Source of the DNA: Octopus bimaculoides
Taxonomy: Eukaryota
Direction: 5' to 3'
Length of the DNA: 64,000 bases
NCBI RefSeq assembly: GCF_001194135.2
Contig: NC_068986.1
Coordinates: forward strand, 67,093,541 to 67,157,540
Shown here: positions 23,145-36,764 of the stretch, in pieces
Layout: the number at the start of each line of letters is the position of its first letter
Position numbering within the stretch: the stretch's first letter is position 1
Program-made: the position numbers and the translations under genes
Notes under the pieces: generated by a model
Databases searched by the model: none
The model's input: only the letters and a program-made list of their open reading frames with translations
What the model was told of the DNA's origin: nothing

Positions 23145-24784
23145 GCACACACACACACACACACACATATATATACACACATATACATATCNNNNNNNNN
23201 NNNNNNNNNNNNNNNNNNNNNNNNNNNNNNNNNNNNNNNNNNNNNNNNNNNNNNNNNNNNNNNNNNNNNNNNNNNNNNNNNNNNNNNNNNNNNNNNNNNN
23301 NNNNNNNNNNNNNNNNNNNNNNNNNNNNNNNNNNNNNNNNNNNNNNNNNNNNNNNNNNNNNNNNNNNNNNNNNNNNNNNNNNNNNNNNNNNNNNNNNNNN
23401 NNNNNNNNNNNNNNNNNNNNNNNNNNNNNNNNNNNNNNNNNNNNNNNNNNNNNNNNNNNNNNNNNNNNNNNNNNNNNNNNNNNNNNNNNNNNNNNNNNNN
23501 NNNNNNNNNNNNNNNNNNNNNNNNNNNNNNNNNNNNNNNNNNNNNNNNNNNNNNNNNNNNNNNNNNNNNNNNNNNNNNNNNNNNNNNNNNNNNNNNNNNN
23601 NNNNNNNNNNNNNNNNNNNNNNNNNNNNNNNNNNNNNNNNNNNNNNNNNNNNNNNNNNNNNNNNNNNNNNNNNNNNNNNNNNNNNNNNNNNNNNNNNNNN
23701 NNNNNNNNNNNNNNNNNNNNNNNNNNNNNNNNNNNNNNNNNNNNNNNNNNNNNNNNNNNNNNNNNNNNNNNNNNNNNNNNNNNNNNNNNNNNNNNNNNNN
23801 NNNNNNNNNNNNNNNNNNNNNNNNNNNNNNNNNNNNNNNNNNNNNNNNNNNNNNNNNNNNNNNNNNNNNNNNNNNNNNNNNNNNNNNNNNNNNNNNNNNN
23901 NNNNNNNNNNNNNNNNNNNNNNNNNNNNNNNNNNNNNNNNNNNNNNNNNNNNNNNNNNNNNNNNNNNNNNNNNNNNNNNNNNNNNNNNNNNNNNNNNNNN
24001 NNNNNNNNNNNNNNNNNNNNNNNNNNNNNNNNNNNNNNNNNNNNNNNNNNNNNNNNNNNNNNNNNNNNNNNNATATATATATATATATATATACATAAAT
24101 ATATATATACGTACATACAGGCATACATACATGTTCTCTTTCATATACAAACATACATACATACATACATATATGTTCTCTTTCATATGTTATATGCGTG
24201 AATATGATCGAAGTATCAAGCTTAACTACCCTCAAGGTAACAATTTACTTGAATCTTTCGTCATCCTGTTGATGAAAAATACTTGAACAATTTGCGGTAT
24301 TTCGGCAATCTTATGTGCTCAGCATAGAGTCTAATATGTGTGTTATTTATTATATAGTCTTTTATATTGTCAAAGCCAAAAAAGTAGCATCATCATATCA
24401 TTTGATTCTTTCCTTACTAAACCATACAACTGTTGATACTCTAAATAAATGTTTATTTCCGAGAAAAAAATATACAAAGCACCTAGTTTTAGATTAAGTT
24501 AACTCGATATTATGATAATCTCTATAAGCCGTTTACCTGTTTTCAGTTCTTTAGAATGTCTTTTCTCTCCCTTATATTTAATATTCTGTCTTCTTTCAGT
24601 TTGTACTGTTTTTGCTATAATCGTTTCCATGCTCCATCCTCAACATTTCCCTCCCACTTCTCTTAACATTTTTTCTTTCTTTCCCGCTTTCTTCATAATC
24701 TCTCATCTTCTCACTAGCTTCTACATCATCCCTCCCTTTTATAATCTCCTGAACTCTCTTCGAATTCTTTCTTCATAATCTCCC

Positions 24785-24850
<66 letters not shown>

Positions 24851-25081
24851 ACATACTGACATTTTCTCTCTCTTTCTCTCCCTTTTCTCTCTCTCACTTT
24901 ATTTTTCCATCTATAGTTTTGTCATCACGTTCATTCTTTATGCGTTTTCACCAACTTCAGATATTTTCTCGTCTGTCTCTCTTTGTTCTATTTTCTCTCT
25001 TCCAACTTCTCTGTATATCTTTTGACTATATAAGCGTTTCTCATTCTACACATATTTTTTACATCATTCCATATTCTTATT

Positions 25082-25083
25082 TC

Positions 25084-25133
<50 letters not shown>

Positions 25134-25235
25134 GCCTGTCTGCCTGTCTGCATGTCTGCCTGTCTGTCTGTGTGTCTGTCTGTCCGTCCGTCTGTCCGTC
25201 CGCCTGTCTGTCTGCCTGCCTGTCTGTCTGTCTAG
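25082..25235. repeat. Compound tetranucleotide microsatellite (ATCT)n to (GTCT/GCCT/GTCC)n
   Basis: Directly visible. Confidence 0.95.
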
Positions 25236-26960
25236 TCAGCTTGCTAGCAAACTGGTTACATCATTGTATTTATTCTTTTTCATCCCTGTCATTATGAATT
25301 TGTTTTCCTTTTGTCTTAATTCGGTAAAAACATTGAAGAGTATAATTAAAACATAGTAGAAATATAAACGAATGATTAAAAACCTGAAATACAATCCCAG
25401 AAAATGCAGGAAAAAAGTTAAAAATCAAACTTAAAATTCCCTTTGATAAAAGTAGAAATGATTTCCATTCCGTGCTTTCGTACAAGGACTAGCACGTTAC
25501 TATTGATTTCTGCCAAAAAGGACTGAAAGTAGGAGAATTAAAAGAAATGGCATCATCGGAGCATGTAGCTGAAACATATAAACAGAAGTAGTGGTCGTTG
25601 CGGTTGAGCTACCGAAACAAATTCTACATTAAAAACAAATAATAAAATAATTCTATAAACACATAACTCAAATCAATCACATTGAATCGGGATTAATATT
25701 TATTGTTCCAGCTGAAAGAGTTAATTAACGAACAGGCGAGAGAAGCAAGGAAGTAAGGGAAATGGTTAATTAACTGCAAGTGAAGCAAGCCTTTTAGCCA
25801 AAAGCGTTAATAAAGGAAGAATGTTAAGCTTTGGTTCCACATTCAATTCAAACACTTTTGAACATACATTGTAGAAAATTAACCTTTTCTATTTAGCATT
25901 CTATACAAAACGCACACGCACGCACACTTACCCGACGCACAAACACACATAAGCATACACCTTTGCATACACACCTTCAGTGATGTAATTTATTAGAATA
26001 CTTCTGTTGTCTTTAAAAAATAATGCAAGTGCTGTTGAATGGATTTGACGTTGAGTTTTATTTCAATGTTCAATTGGCAATTTAATAATGTAATTATGAA
26101 AATGTTCACTTTTTGTTTATTTTCATTTGACAAAAAGGACCTATACTTTAAAGTTAGGGTGCAATGTGAAGTTATCACATTAACAAACGCCTCCAGACAT
26201 TATTAGAATTTTAACGTAGCTTGACAGATGCAATACAAGGGCGAGGGTGGTGGCCGATTTCTCAATTTCCGCTTCATCTCAATTTCCGAGTTTATAGTGC
26301 AACTGACAGGCTCCTGATTAGTAAACATTATTTATAAACTATCATTTCAACTAAAGTCTTTGGAAAGTACCAACTTTTACATTCTTTTCTAGACCCTTTA
26401 TAACTCAATTTTGTTCATACATTTTTAGAATTTGAGCTCTCTAAAAGGTCAGTTTCGAAGTACGAGTCACTCTTTCTCAGTTAACAATTATGGAAATAGT
26501 AATTATGGAAAAGTAGAAAGCATTTTTGATAATATTTAACGGAGCATACTTAAAATAGTATAGAAAGTAAGTATATTTTGTGATAATAGCAAAGCATTCT
26601 GTGACATCATACGGAAACTAGAGGAAAATACCGAAACTGCGGAAACCAAAAAAAAACTAGTCGGGAAAATAGACTCTAAAACGTGGTTAGAAATTTTATG
26701 AACATTGTCAAATGATATTACTCAAATAATATACGTTTTTGATATATCTTGCCAGTTTAAAAGTATTTTCTTATGATCATTTTCCGATAAATTTTTCAAG
26801 CTAAATGATAATTCATTGTAGTTTCTTTAGGTATGGAGTTTTGCTTTATGCCCTTTTTTTTTGCGTACATTAACAACATATTCAACACAGCTGCATATGC
26901 AGATCAACATTTCTATATTTTTTCGGATGAGGAAATGCAGCGTCCATGACTTCTGCAAGG

Positions 26961-27348
26961 ACTACAAGGCGGTTGCTGAAAAGTTCCTGATTTTAAGGGT
27001 ATCACGAAAGGCCCTGCTGGAGGCTAAACCTTCCGAGTTCTTTTACAGGGTTTAGAAAAACTGGAGGGTCGCCGCAATGTGTGTGAATCACGGTTTCGTG
27101 ATTGTGGATACGAACTTGTTCCCCATCCACCTTATTCACCAGAATTAGCCCCCTCTGACTTTCATCTATTCCCAAAAAGGAAAACAGCCCTGGCTGGTCA
27201 CCATTTTGCCAGTGACAATGACATCATATATGGTGTAGGAAGTTTCTTGGAGTCTCAAACAAAAGAGTTCTTCTACGCCAGGATAATGACGCTTCAGCAC
27301 CGCTGGAGAAAGTATTCAGCAATCGAGGGCGACTATGTTGAAAAATAA
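26961..27348 (+). mobile_element. Deleted mariner: left TIR-like sequence plus transposase C-terminus
   Basis: TACAAGGCGGTTGCTGAAAAGTTCCTG; GYELVPHPPYSPELAPSDFHLFPK...RWRKYSAIEGDYVEK* (YSPDLAPSD motif). Confidence 0.85.
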
Positions 27349-27394
27349 ATCATCAGAAGTCTTGTACTATATATATATATAAATTTATAATTAA

Positions 27395-28110
27395 TAATTG
27401 ATTATTCATTATGATCAAGGGTAGAAGATATTATTAGCGTTGATAGAAATAAGAGTCGAAAAATTACTCAAATAAACCACTGTATCACTGAAGATTTAAC
27501 ATGCTGGCGAAAATCGAGGTGTAAAAAGTCAACCTGCTACCATTGCGTGGGAAAAGATGCAAATGAATTTGTAGATATACCTATGTAACGTGATTTCGAA
27601 CTTTGAGATATCCTCTTAGTCCTCATCAGTAGTTATCACTGCCTAGGTTTAAGCTAATACTAGCTTCCTCATGCTTGTTAAAATCGTTGAAAGATTAGCG
27701 CCAGATTTCAAACGATTGCAGTGTATAATTATGCATAAAAACAGAGATATTATTATTATTAATAAATAATGATAAGTAGCCAGGAAGCATAAAAACCAAA
27801 AAGCAAATTTATGAATTTATACTTAATAATTCATTAGTAATTATAATTAAGAGTACAAGACAATATCAACGTTGCTAGAAATAAGAGTCGGAAAATACTC
27901 AAATAAGCCACAATATGACTAAAAATTCAACCTGTAGACGAAAATTGAAGGGTGAGTAAGAAGTCAACCTACCATTTTCCGCCACGATTTTCGTCAGCAT
28001 GTTAAATTTTCAGTGATATTGTGGCTTATTTGAGTGTTTTTCTACTCTTATTTCTAGCAAAGCTGGTACTGTCTTGTACCCTTAATCATAATTAATAAGT
28101 AATTATAAGT
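27395..28110. mobile_element. Three copies of a 110-150-bp unit (two direct, one inverted) with an intervening hammerhead-like motif; PLE pseudo-LTR-like
   Basis: TAGAAATAAGAGTCG.AAA.TACTCAAATAA.CCAC at about 27445 and 27870, reverse complement at about 28020-28060. Minus-strand CTGATGA-GGAC...GTTC-GAAA at 27629-27594. Confidence 0.7.
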
Positions 28111-28244
28111 AAATTTGCTTATGTGGTTTTTATGCTTGCTGGCCACTTATATTATTATTATTTATTAAAAATGTTTTTATTTATGTATATGTATGTGTGT
28201 GCGTGCGTGTGTGTGTGTGTGTGTGAGTGTGAGTGTGTGATTGT

Positions 28245-28460
28245 GTCTGTGTTCGTCCCTCACCACCGCTTGACAACCGGTGATAGTGTATATAGTCTTC
28301 ATAACTTGGTGGTTCGGCAAAAGAAACCGATAGAATAAGTACCAGGCTTTGAAAGATATAAGTACTGGGGTAGATTTATTCGACTAAAAATTGTTCAAGG
28401 CGCTTCCCCAGTATGGCCACAGACTAATGACTGAGAGAAGTAAAATATAAAATATAAAAG
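28245..28460 (+). mobile_element. SINE family B, 3' half
   Basis: GCTTGACAACCGGTG...GGTTCGGCAAAAGAAACCGATAGAATAAGTACCAGGC...CAGTATGGCCACAG...AATGACTGA. Confidence 0.8.
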
Positions 28461-28516
28461 ATACAAGTATATGTATGTATGTGTGCGTGTGCATATATGT
28501 ATATATATACTTCCAG

Positions 28517-28589
<73 letters not shown>

Positions 28590-29072
28590 NNNNNNNNNNN
28601 NNNNNNNNNNNNNNNNNNNNNNNNNNNNNNNNNNNNNNNNNNNNNNNNNNNNNNNNNNNNNNNNNNNNNNNNNNNNNNNNNNNNNNNNNNNNNNNNNNNN
28701 NNNNNNNNNNNNNNNNNNNNNNNNNNNNNNNNNNNNNNNNNNNNNNNNNNNNNNNNNNNNNNNNNNNNNNNNNNNNNNNNNNNNNNNNNNNNNNNNNNNN
28801 NNNNNNNNNNNNNNNNNNNNNNNNNNNNNNNNNNNNNNNNNNNNNNNNNNNNNNNNNNNNNNNNNNNNNNNNNNNNNNNNNNNNNNNNNNNNNNNNNNNN
28901 NNNNNNNNNNNNNNNNNNNNNNNNNNNNNNNNNNNNNNNNNNNNNNNNNNNNNNNNNNNNNNNNNNNNNNNNNNNNNNNNNNNNNNNNNNNNNNNNNNNN
29001 NNNNNNNNNNNNNNNNNNNNNNNNNNNNNNNNNNNNNNNNNNNNNNNNNNNNNNNNNNNNNNNNNNNNNNNN

Positions 29073-29103
<31 letters not shown>

Positions 29104-30355
29104 TACCATACGTATCCAGCGTTGCTTGGAATTTAAATTTGCATAGTTTGTAAATGTGGTACAGTTACGTTGAAAGACGTACGACGGGGAAGTGCAGCAC
29201 TGACGACAAAACAATTGTGAAGTAAATGAAGGGCTAATTTGACTAAGTGATATATCATGCGTCTATTTGGAAGATTTCAGGCCCTAACCTTGTCATGAAA
29301 AAATGAATGGGGTGGGGTACGTGACTTCTGAACGCATGAACTGCCATGCGATACTTCTGAACTGCCATGCGATACTTTGGTTTCTAATCAATAGTTGTGG
29401 CTCAACCGTACACTCCTTCGCGTAAATAGCGTCCGACCATTGTGAAGACAACTCAGCTACCGAACGAGAACAATTCTGCATGCAACGTCCGGGCACGCAT
29501 GATCACGTTAAGGACATGGTCTCTAACTAACGTGGTTGGGTGTTAGACGCCCTAAATTAGTAGGTTTATGTACATGCGATATTTCGGTTTGTAATCAATA
29601 GTTGTTGAATATTTGTATGGGCTTCGTCTATGCTCAGAAGGAAGACTTTGATACTGTAGTTAAATGAAAATAGTTGAATAGTTGCTCAGGATTTAACATA
29701 TTTTAGCATATTTTTCATAATAGACAAAGTGCGTTCCAAACGGTTTTAATTTCAACAAATTGCTACCTCTGGTACAACGAGAACAAGCTATTGTTGGTAC
29801 CACTTAGACAACGTAGTTTGAAGTCTACATCGGTTCATCCATATGAGATCACTTAAAAATTACAAATTTCGTAATTATCTGTCAATATTTACACATATCT
29901 AACCTTTTTGCTATATCTAATAGGTATATTTCTCTGATATTCAATTGAGGTTTGCTAATTTTTCACCCAATATCTCACTTATTTCTATTTAAAATCTTAT
30001 TTTGAAATGTTATTTTGAACATTCCAGCGTGTCTCTAAGGCTGTTTTATGATAGAAATCAAAGTTTCATAAAAAAATTCCAGTTAATAGAATTATGGGAG
30101 GTAATGGGTTAATACAATCTACTTATGTCATTCAAACTGTTCAAACTGTTTTTCCCAGTTTGAACAGAAACAATGCGTGGACCATGCAGGCAGTCATACG
30201 TACATCAGGAAAGGGGGTTGGGGGTTTTCTGCCCCCAGTGGCCCCATCACTCATTATGTGAAACCTTTTAAGAGTCTAAAACCATCTCTAGGACATAAGT
30301 AATGTTGGTTCCCAGTTTGGAGAAAATCAGTTGCAAACTTCAGAAGTTCTGCGAG

Positions 30356-30433
<78 letters not shown>

Positions 30434-31004
30434 GTAGATGTGTGTGTATGTGTGTGTTTGTGTGTGTGTACTTCATGTAGTACCTGCTTGGTAATTGTTG
30501 TTGAGCTTTTGGTTTATACTTTGTAATTAGAAGTCTCGGCTCCCGGAATGCACAGGAAACTGAATAAGCGAGAGGTTTCTACCACTTCAGACCAACCATT
30601 TTGTTTGGTGAATTGATAACAAAGTTAACTAAATTAGAGGAAACTATTTACAAATTTAAAAAGAAGACTGAAAAATGCAAGATTTTCAATACTGCCGCAA
30701 AACAAGAATGTGGGAAGTTGTAATCGAAGTTCCATTATATAACTAAATGAGTGAGACTAAACCATTTGACTATGTCCTTGATTGAGTTTGTACATACAAT
30801 TAATATCAAATATACTTACATACATAGACACACATGGATACGCGCACATAATCTTACACACTCATATATTTGTGTGTGTGTGTACATGAGTTTACATATA
30901 TTATTGATTATAAATGAAAGGTATCACTAAAGTTGTATATATAATTGCCGCTGGATGCTAAAATAGAATAATTATTTGGTAATGATGAGGATAATAATAA
31001 TAAT

Positions 31005-31190
31005 TCTTCCGAATTTTGGCACAAAGCCAGCAATGTTGAGGGGTTAAGTCGATTACATTGGCCCCTGTACTTGACTTGTTTTTATTTTATCGACTGAAAG
31101 AATGGAAGGTAAAGTGGCTCTCAGTGAAATATGAATTCGGCATGTAAAGAATCTAGAGAAATGCTGCTATACATTTTGACCGTGTGGAAT
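31005..31190 (-). mobile_element. Degenerate family A SINE
   Basis: TTTTGGCACAAAGCCAGCAATG..GTCGATTACATTG..TTTTATCGAC..GGAAGGTAAAGT. Confidence 0.65.
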
Positions 31191-31719
31191 AGCTGAGAAC
31201 GTGTGTGCACTGATTAAGAATAGCATGTCTAGTTGGAAAACACGTATTTCCAGTAACAACTAGCACTTAGCCGGGGTAAATAATAATGAACAGAGACCAA
31301 GCAGGTGAATTTAAGAGGCTTCGACTGTAACAATGTGAAACGTGTGACCCAAAAGTTGATGAGATTCTGAAGTACAAGGAGCTTGATCAGATCCGCTTCA
31401 ATTTTCCACACTACGGAAGCCCCAACGTAAATCTGGCAATAAGTATAAGTTAGATAGCACTGGGTGAAATCTGAAGGTGGTCAAGATTTATACTGTACTC
31501 TACTGGGTTCTTAACAGAATATAACGTAACTATATATATCAGGTTGAGTAAAAAGTAAACAACGTTTTGAACCATGAAGAATTTGTGCCGGATTTTTGGA
31601 GAGTTTTGAAGTTTTTTTAAACATATTTTTGCACTTGTCTGACAATACAAACATAAACTTTCCCAAATGCATCAATAAATTAACATTGATATCTTTCACC
31701 GTTGTTACAATCATCCTTC

Positions 31720-32620
31720 AAAAACGGATATAAAACAGCTAAAACTGCTTGCGTATCAACGAAACGTTTGGTGAGGAAATGACCAGGGAGTAGTCAGCTC
31801 GAAAATAGTTTAAACAATTTCGCAGTGGAGACCTGAGCCTCGAAGATCGAGAGCATATTGGACGTCCATCTATCGTCGATGACAGTCAATTAAAGACCAT
31901 CATTGAGAAAAATCCACGTAAAACCACCCGAAAACTGGCAAGTTAGCCAGAAAACTGCAACTATTTGCATGCGATCAGAAAATCAAAAAAGCTCAACAAA
32001 TGGGTACCACACGATTTGAATGAAAATCAGAAAATGCGCAGATATGAAATTTGCTCGTCGCTTCTTCTCCGTAACAAGACCGATCCATTTCTCGACTGTA
32101 TTGTAACTTGCGATGAACAGTAGATTCTGTATAATAATAAAAAATGTTCTTCCCAGTGGTTGGACCAAAATGGATAACCGAAACCCTTCCCTAAATTCAA
32201 GCTCTTGAAAAAGAAGGCTACGGTGACTGTTTGGTGCTATACTGCTGGTGTCATCCACTATAGCTTCTTAAAACCTTGAAAAACCATTACTGCAGAAACA
32301 TATTACCATGAAATTGCCAAAATGAACGAAAAACTGTTACCCCTCCGTTCCAGACTGGTCAACAGAAGCGAGCCAATCATTCTTCTTGACAATGCTCGGC
32401 AACACGTTTCAGTAACGACGCTCCAAAAGTTGAGGGAACTCAGTTACGAAGTTCTTCCCCACTCAGCTTATTCTCCTACCGACTAACATTTCAAGCACCT
32501 TGATGTACTCCTGTGAGAGAAGGAGTCCAAAAATCAAACCAACCCTGAAAGTGCCTTCAAAGTGTTCATCAGCTCCAGAACTACCAATGTTTATGTTACC
32601 GGAATAAACAAACTTGTAAC
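31720..32620 (+). pseudogene. Hsmar1/cecropia-like mariner transposase pseudogene (nearly full length, multiple stops and frameshifts)
   Basis: FKQFRSGDLSLED, KKLNKWVPHDLNENQKMRRYEICSSLLLRNKTDPFLDCIVTCDEQ*, LDNARQH, LPHSAYSP. Confidence 0.88.
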
Positions 32621-32672
32621 TGTTGAATTTCATCTTTCAAAACATTGCTTACTTTTTACTCATTCTGATATA

Positions 32673-33542
32673 CAGGATGTCCCAAAAGTCAATGAAGGAT
32701 TTCAATTTTTAATAACTTCCTTACAAATAAATGCATGAACAATATAAAGGACAGTGGGAATTAATACGCAAGTCAAATTTTGCAACATCTCTACATCACA
32801 TATGAAAACTGACACCACTCAAACGGCAACCGTTTTCGGCTTCGCACACCCTTGCTCTTTCCAAAGCTTAGACCATAACACCCTCAAAAGTTTCAGACCC
32901 CACTTCTCTGATTTTTCTGTTGATGTTCTCCTTCAGTTACACCATGGTATCCGGTTTGTTGACGTACACGCTATCTTTCAGGTATCCCACAAGAGAAAAA
33001 GGGCTAGTCAAGTCTGGCAAGCGTGAAGGCCATTCCAAGTAGACCTCACACATGGTTCCAGCAAGATGGGGAAACTGCTCATACCGCAAGAGAAACAATG
33101 AAATTTCTACGGCAGTGCTTTGGAGAGAGAAAAATCTCCCGCTACGGCAATATCAACTGGCCTTCACGTTTCCCAGACTTGACTTGCCCAGGTTTTTTTC
33201 TTGTGGAGACACATGAAAGGGAGGGTTTACGTCAACAAACTGGAGACCCTGATGCAACTGAAGGAGAACATCAATAAAGAATTCAGAGAATTTGGATCTA
33301 GAAATCTTGAGGGTGTTATGGTGCAAGCTTTGGAAAGAGTATGGAGGTGCGAAGCTAAAAAGACGGCTACCATTTAAGCCATGTCTTTTTTTTACATGTG
33401 ATGTAGTGATGTTACAAATTTTAACTTGTGCATATTAATTTCCGATATGTCCTTTATATTGTGTCACAATTTCATGCATTTATTTGTAAAGTTAAGGAAG
33501 TTATTAAAAACTGAAACCATCAATGACTTTTGGGACACCCTG
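32673..33542 (+). mobile_element. DD41D (rosa)-type Tc1/mariner derivative made of two right (3') ends
   Basis: TA-CAGGATGTCCCAAAAGTCA...TGACTTTTGGGACACCCTG-TA. Arms 32673-33031 and 33159-33542 are inverted copies. WFQQDG...WPSRFPDLTCP(G)FFL places 41 residues between the QQD aspartate and the expected third D (here G). Confidence 0.88.
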
Positions 33543-33603
33543 TATATATATATTCTATTAGAGGAAGAATATTTGTGTGTGTGTGTGTGAATATATATAT
33601 ACA

Positions 33604-33639
<36 letters not shown>

Positions 33640-33640
<1 letters not shown>

Positions 33641-33870
33641 GTAATAGTTAATCCTCCCCAAAAAACGAAGAACAAACACAAGTAAAAAACAACAACACGA
33701 AGACGTGGTACATGCAAAGTATTAGAAAACGTTCAGGGAAGGAAAGAAAGGTGGATTTACGTTTCGAGCAAAGCTCTTCAACTATTGAACAGGAGACAGA
33801 GGAAACTCCAACAGAAAAGCAGGACGGAGGAAAAAAATCGCCAACGATTCACATCTGGTTACAATTTGAT
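33640..33870 (-). mobile_element. PLE 3'-UTR-like repeat with decayed hammerhead (GAGC-TTT-GCTC-GAAAC)
   Basis: Minus strand TTGAAGAGCTTTGCTCGAAACGTAAATCC...TAATACTTTGCATGTACCACGTC; the CUGANGA core is not intact. Confidence 0.5.
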
Positions 33871-34050
33871 ATATGTTTCATTTAGGCATTACAATGCTGA
33901 TTACCTCGTGTTAGAACTCAATGTACATATACTCTTGGGAGAGGCTTCTCACACAGTCTCCTGATTTTCATTTCCTACATACGTTAATCCTTTTACATTG
34001 GTAATTTTTTTTATATGTACGAGGTTTCCATGTACAAGCATTTCTATGTA

Positions 34051-34520
34051 CGAAGTGATATCAGAAAAGTTCCAGGACTAATTATGTTTAATAAGAGATA
34101 ACATATTTACTTAGTTTTTAACACATTCTCCTTCGAAATACTCACCTTGCGCAACAATACACCTGTCTCAGCGTCCCTGCCACCTCTGGAATCCAGTCAC
34201 CAAATCGTTTTCCGTAAGCGAGTCGAGGACTTTCTGCTATTCGCTCAGGATTTCGACAAGTGTTAAAACGGCGACCTTTGAGCTGCATTTTCATCTCTGG
34301 GAAGAGACTGGAAATCCGAAGGTGCTAAATCTGGCGAATAGATCCGGTCGCTTTCGCCGACGAATGCCTTTCCTCAAACGCTTCAAAACGTCGCAGTTGA
34401 ACTCTCGATTGACGGTCTGATCCTGGGGAACGAATTCTCGATGCACAATAGCACATTTCAGCTGGTGACGATCGTGGCAGGTCTTCCATATCGCGTTGGC
34501 TTTTTGTTGCTGTCCAGAAC
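34051..34520 (-). mobile_element. Mariner 3' fragment with right TIR
   Basis: TIR-like TACGAAGTGATATCAGAAAAGTTCCAGGACT at 34051. Minus strand IVHREFVPQDQTVNREFNCDVLKRLR and RCIVAQGEYFEG. Confidence 0.85.
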
Positions 34521-35243
34521 CACCACCATACAACTTAAACAGTTAATAATAAAATATATGAACAGGCTAGACCATTAGATAATAGGCACGCAACATTAAG
34601 TAATGAATGTATAGAGGGTGATATTGCTACAGGTTAGACCAGAAGATCTGGCGAAAGAAATCCGATAATACATTTAATCAGTTGAGTAATTAATTAATTA
34701 ATTAATTAAACAAGTTATCTAATTAATTGATAATAAAACTGAAGTGCAATTCAATCAGTACGTGTATTTTAATTAGTACTATATGCCTCCCAAAATATAA
34801 CAGTGTTTCAGTACACAATATTTTACGATTTTGCAATCTATATATTCGTGTCTGAGTATGTATGTGTATGTATGTGTGTTCGTGCATACGTATGTTTATG
34901 AGTGTGCCTACGTATGTTTATGTGTGTATGCTTACATATGTTTGTGTGTGTGCTTGTGTGTATATGTGTGTGTGTGTGTGTGAGAGACAAATCTCATAAA
35001 TTTGTATAAGACGTTATATGCGCGATTATGCATATATATCTGACGGGATTCTGCGCAGCTTCCCTCTAACACTTGCCACCAAAGGCTTGTGAAACCAGGA
35101 GAGATATAGTACATGCCACTTTTCATGCCACTCGTGCATGCATTTGTGATAAATGCCATGCACGAAACTCTCGACGATCGAGTCACTTCTCTCGATTGGA
35201 ATAATTTAATATATGCACTCATTTATTGAGTTCAATTTATATG

Positions 35244-35286
<43 letters not shown>

Positions 35287-36404
35287 GTTATATATTGTAT
35301 TGGTACCTGCTTTTTGTGATGGTAACGGATGTTTTCTCGTAAAATATGTTAAAACGTGTTTCAGTCGCAAAAGGTTCGTCTAATTTGAGATCTATAGATT
35401 TATCTAAATCTGTCGTTAATGCTATCAAGTTATTTGGGAAAGAAAGCTTCTATCAGGTGTGTATCTTTTTTTACTTTTATTAGTACATCTAACAGTGATT
35501 TTGTTGATATTATGCAATAAACATTATACATATTTACACATAATTCATGTTGGGTGTTACATTAATTTGTAACTTTATATCATATTAAGTTACATATCAA
35601 TAAGCTGCGCTCTTAAATTCTACAGTTTTCGTGCTTAGCTGAGCTGTAACCCACATAGTTACTAACGATGTTAGGTTGCCGTTCATTTTGGTAATGAATT
35701 TATTTTATTAACACTGAGGAAGTAAATTTACATTGGTGGGAATTGAACTAGGAAATAACAGAATTTAAGTCAGAAACTAAATAATCTAGTGTTTTCAGTG
35801 AGACGCACTACTCTACTGTCTCGGCTGCCTTCAATTTTCAGTTTCTAATTAAAGTGGAAATATTGTATGACCCGATTCGGTGAACTTGAAATATTTCATG
35901 CCACTAATTTAGTTCTTATCTTTAACTACCATTCATTCAGGCTAGCTTTTAATATTGAATTTCAATGTTTCTCTGCAGGCATTTTCTTTCATTACAAATT
36001 ATTCAATTTAAAATAAATATTTCTCTTCACCGAACCATCTCTTTTCTTTTGTTTATTTTGATCATCATCATCCTCATCGTCATCATCGTCGTCGTCGTCA
36101 TCATCATGTTCATGAATGATCATGGGCATCATCGTTATCATCATCATTATCGGTACAATATCATACAAACAATAATGAAAAATGGTGCGATGTTCTAAAG
36201 AAGTGGAAAGGTAGAGTTGATGATGGGGTAGGAGCACAAAGAAGTAAAGAAAAAACATTATTGTGATGGGAGAAATAAGGTAAGGATGAAAGAGAAGAAA
36301 AGAAAATTGGTGGAAACTAGAGAAAAACGTCATGGGTGGAGAGGAGAATGTTAAAGACAAGATATAGGAAAAGAGCAACGCGGAAAGAAGCAAAGAGAAG
36401 GGGA

Positions 36405-36449
36405 ATGATGATGATGATGATGTTGATGATGATGATGATGATGATGATG

Positions 36450-36501
<52 letters not shown>

Positions 36502-36517
36502 TAATAATAATAATAAA
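36405..36517. repeat. (GAT)n-(AAT)n compound microsatellite
   Basis: Directly visible. Confidence 0.95.
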
Positions 36518-36764
36518 CAGCTGAGGTAAAAGAAAGAGAAAGGTAAATTATGAAAAGATGATGCAAAGAAAAAATTGAAAAAGGAAGAAAAAGAAAAAAA
36601 TCAAGACTCAAAAAATATGATGCGTATAAAGAAAATAAAGAGGTTAGAGAATGCAGTTAGACATAGTAACGAGGAAGGAAGTAAAAAGAACAATGCTGAA
36701 TCGTAATAATATGTTAAAGTGGAGCCATGCCTCAGTGTACTAGTTCTTATTTAACCCAAGCGAA

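Noticed and set aside
29323-29375. Tandem duplication of TGAACTGCCATGCGATACTT
   Set aside because: An ordinary two-copy slippage duplication. Similar trivial ones occur near 48550 and 48990.
30087-30111. GGGTTAA as a piggyBac right end
   Set aside because: No matching left terminus or transposase remnant was found nearby.
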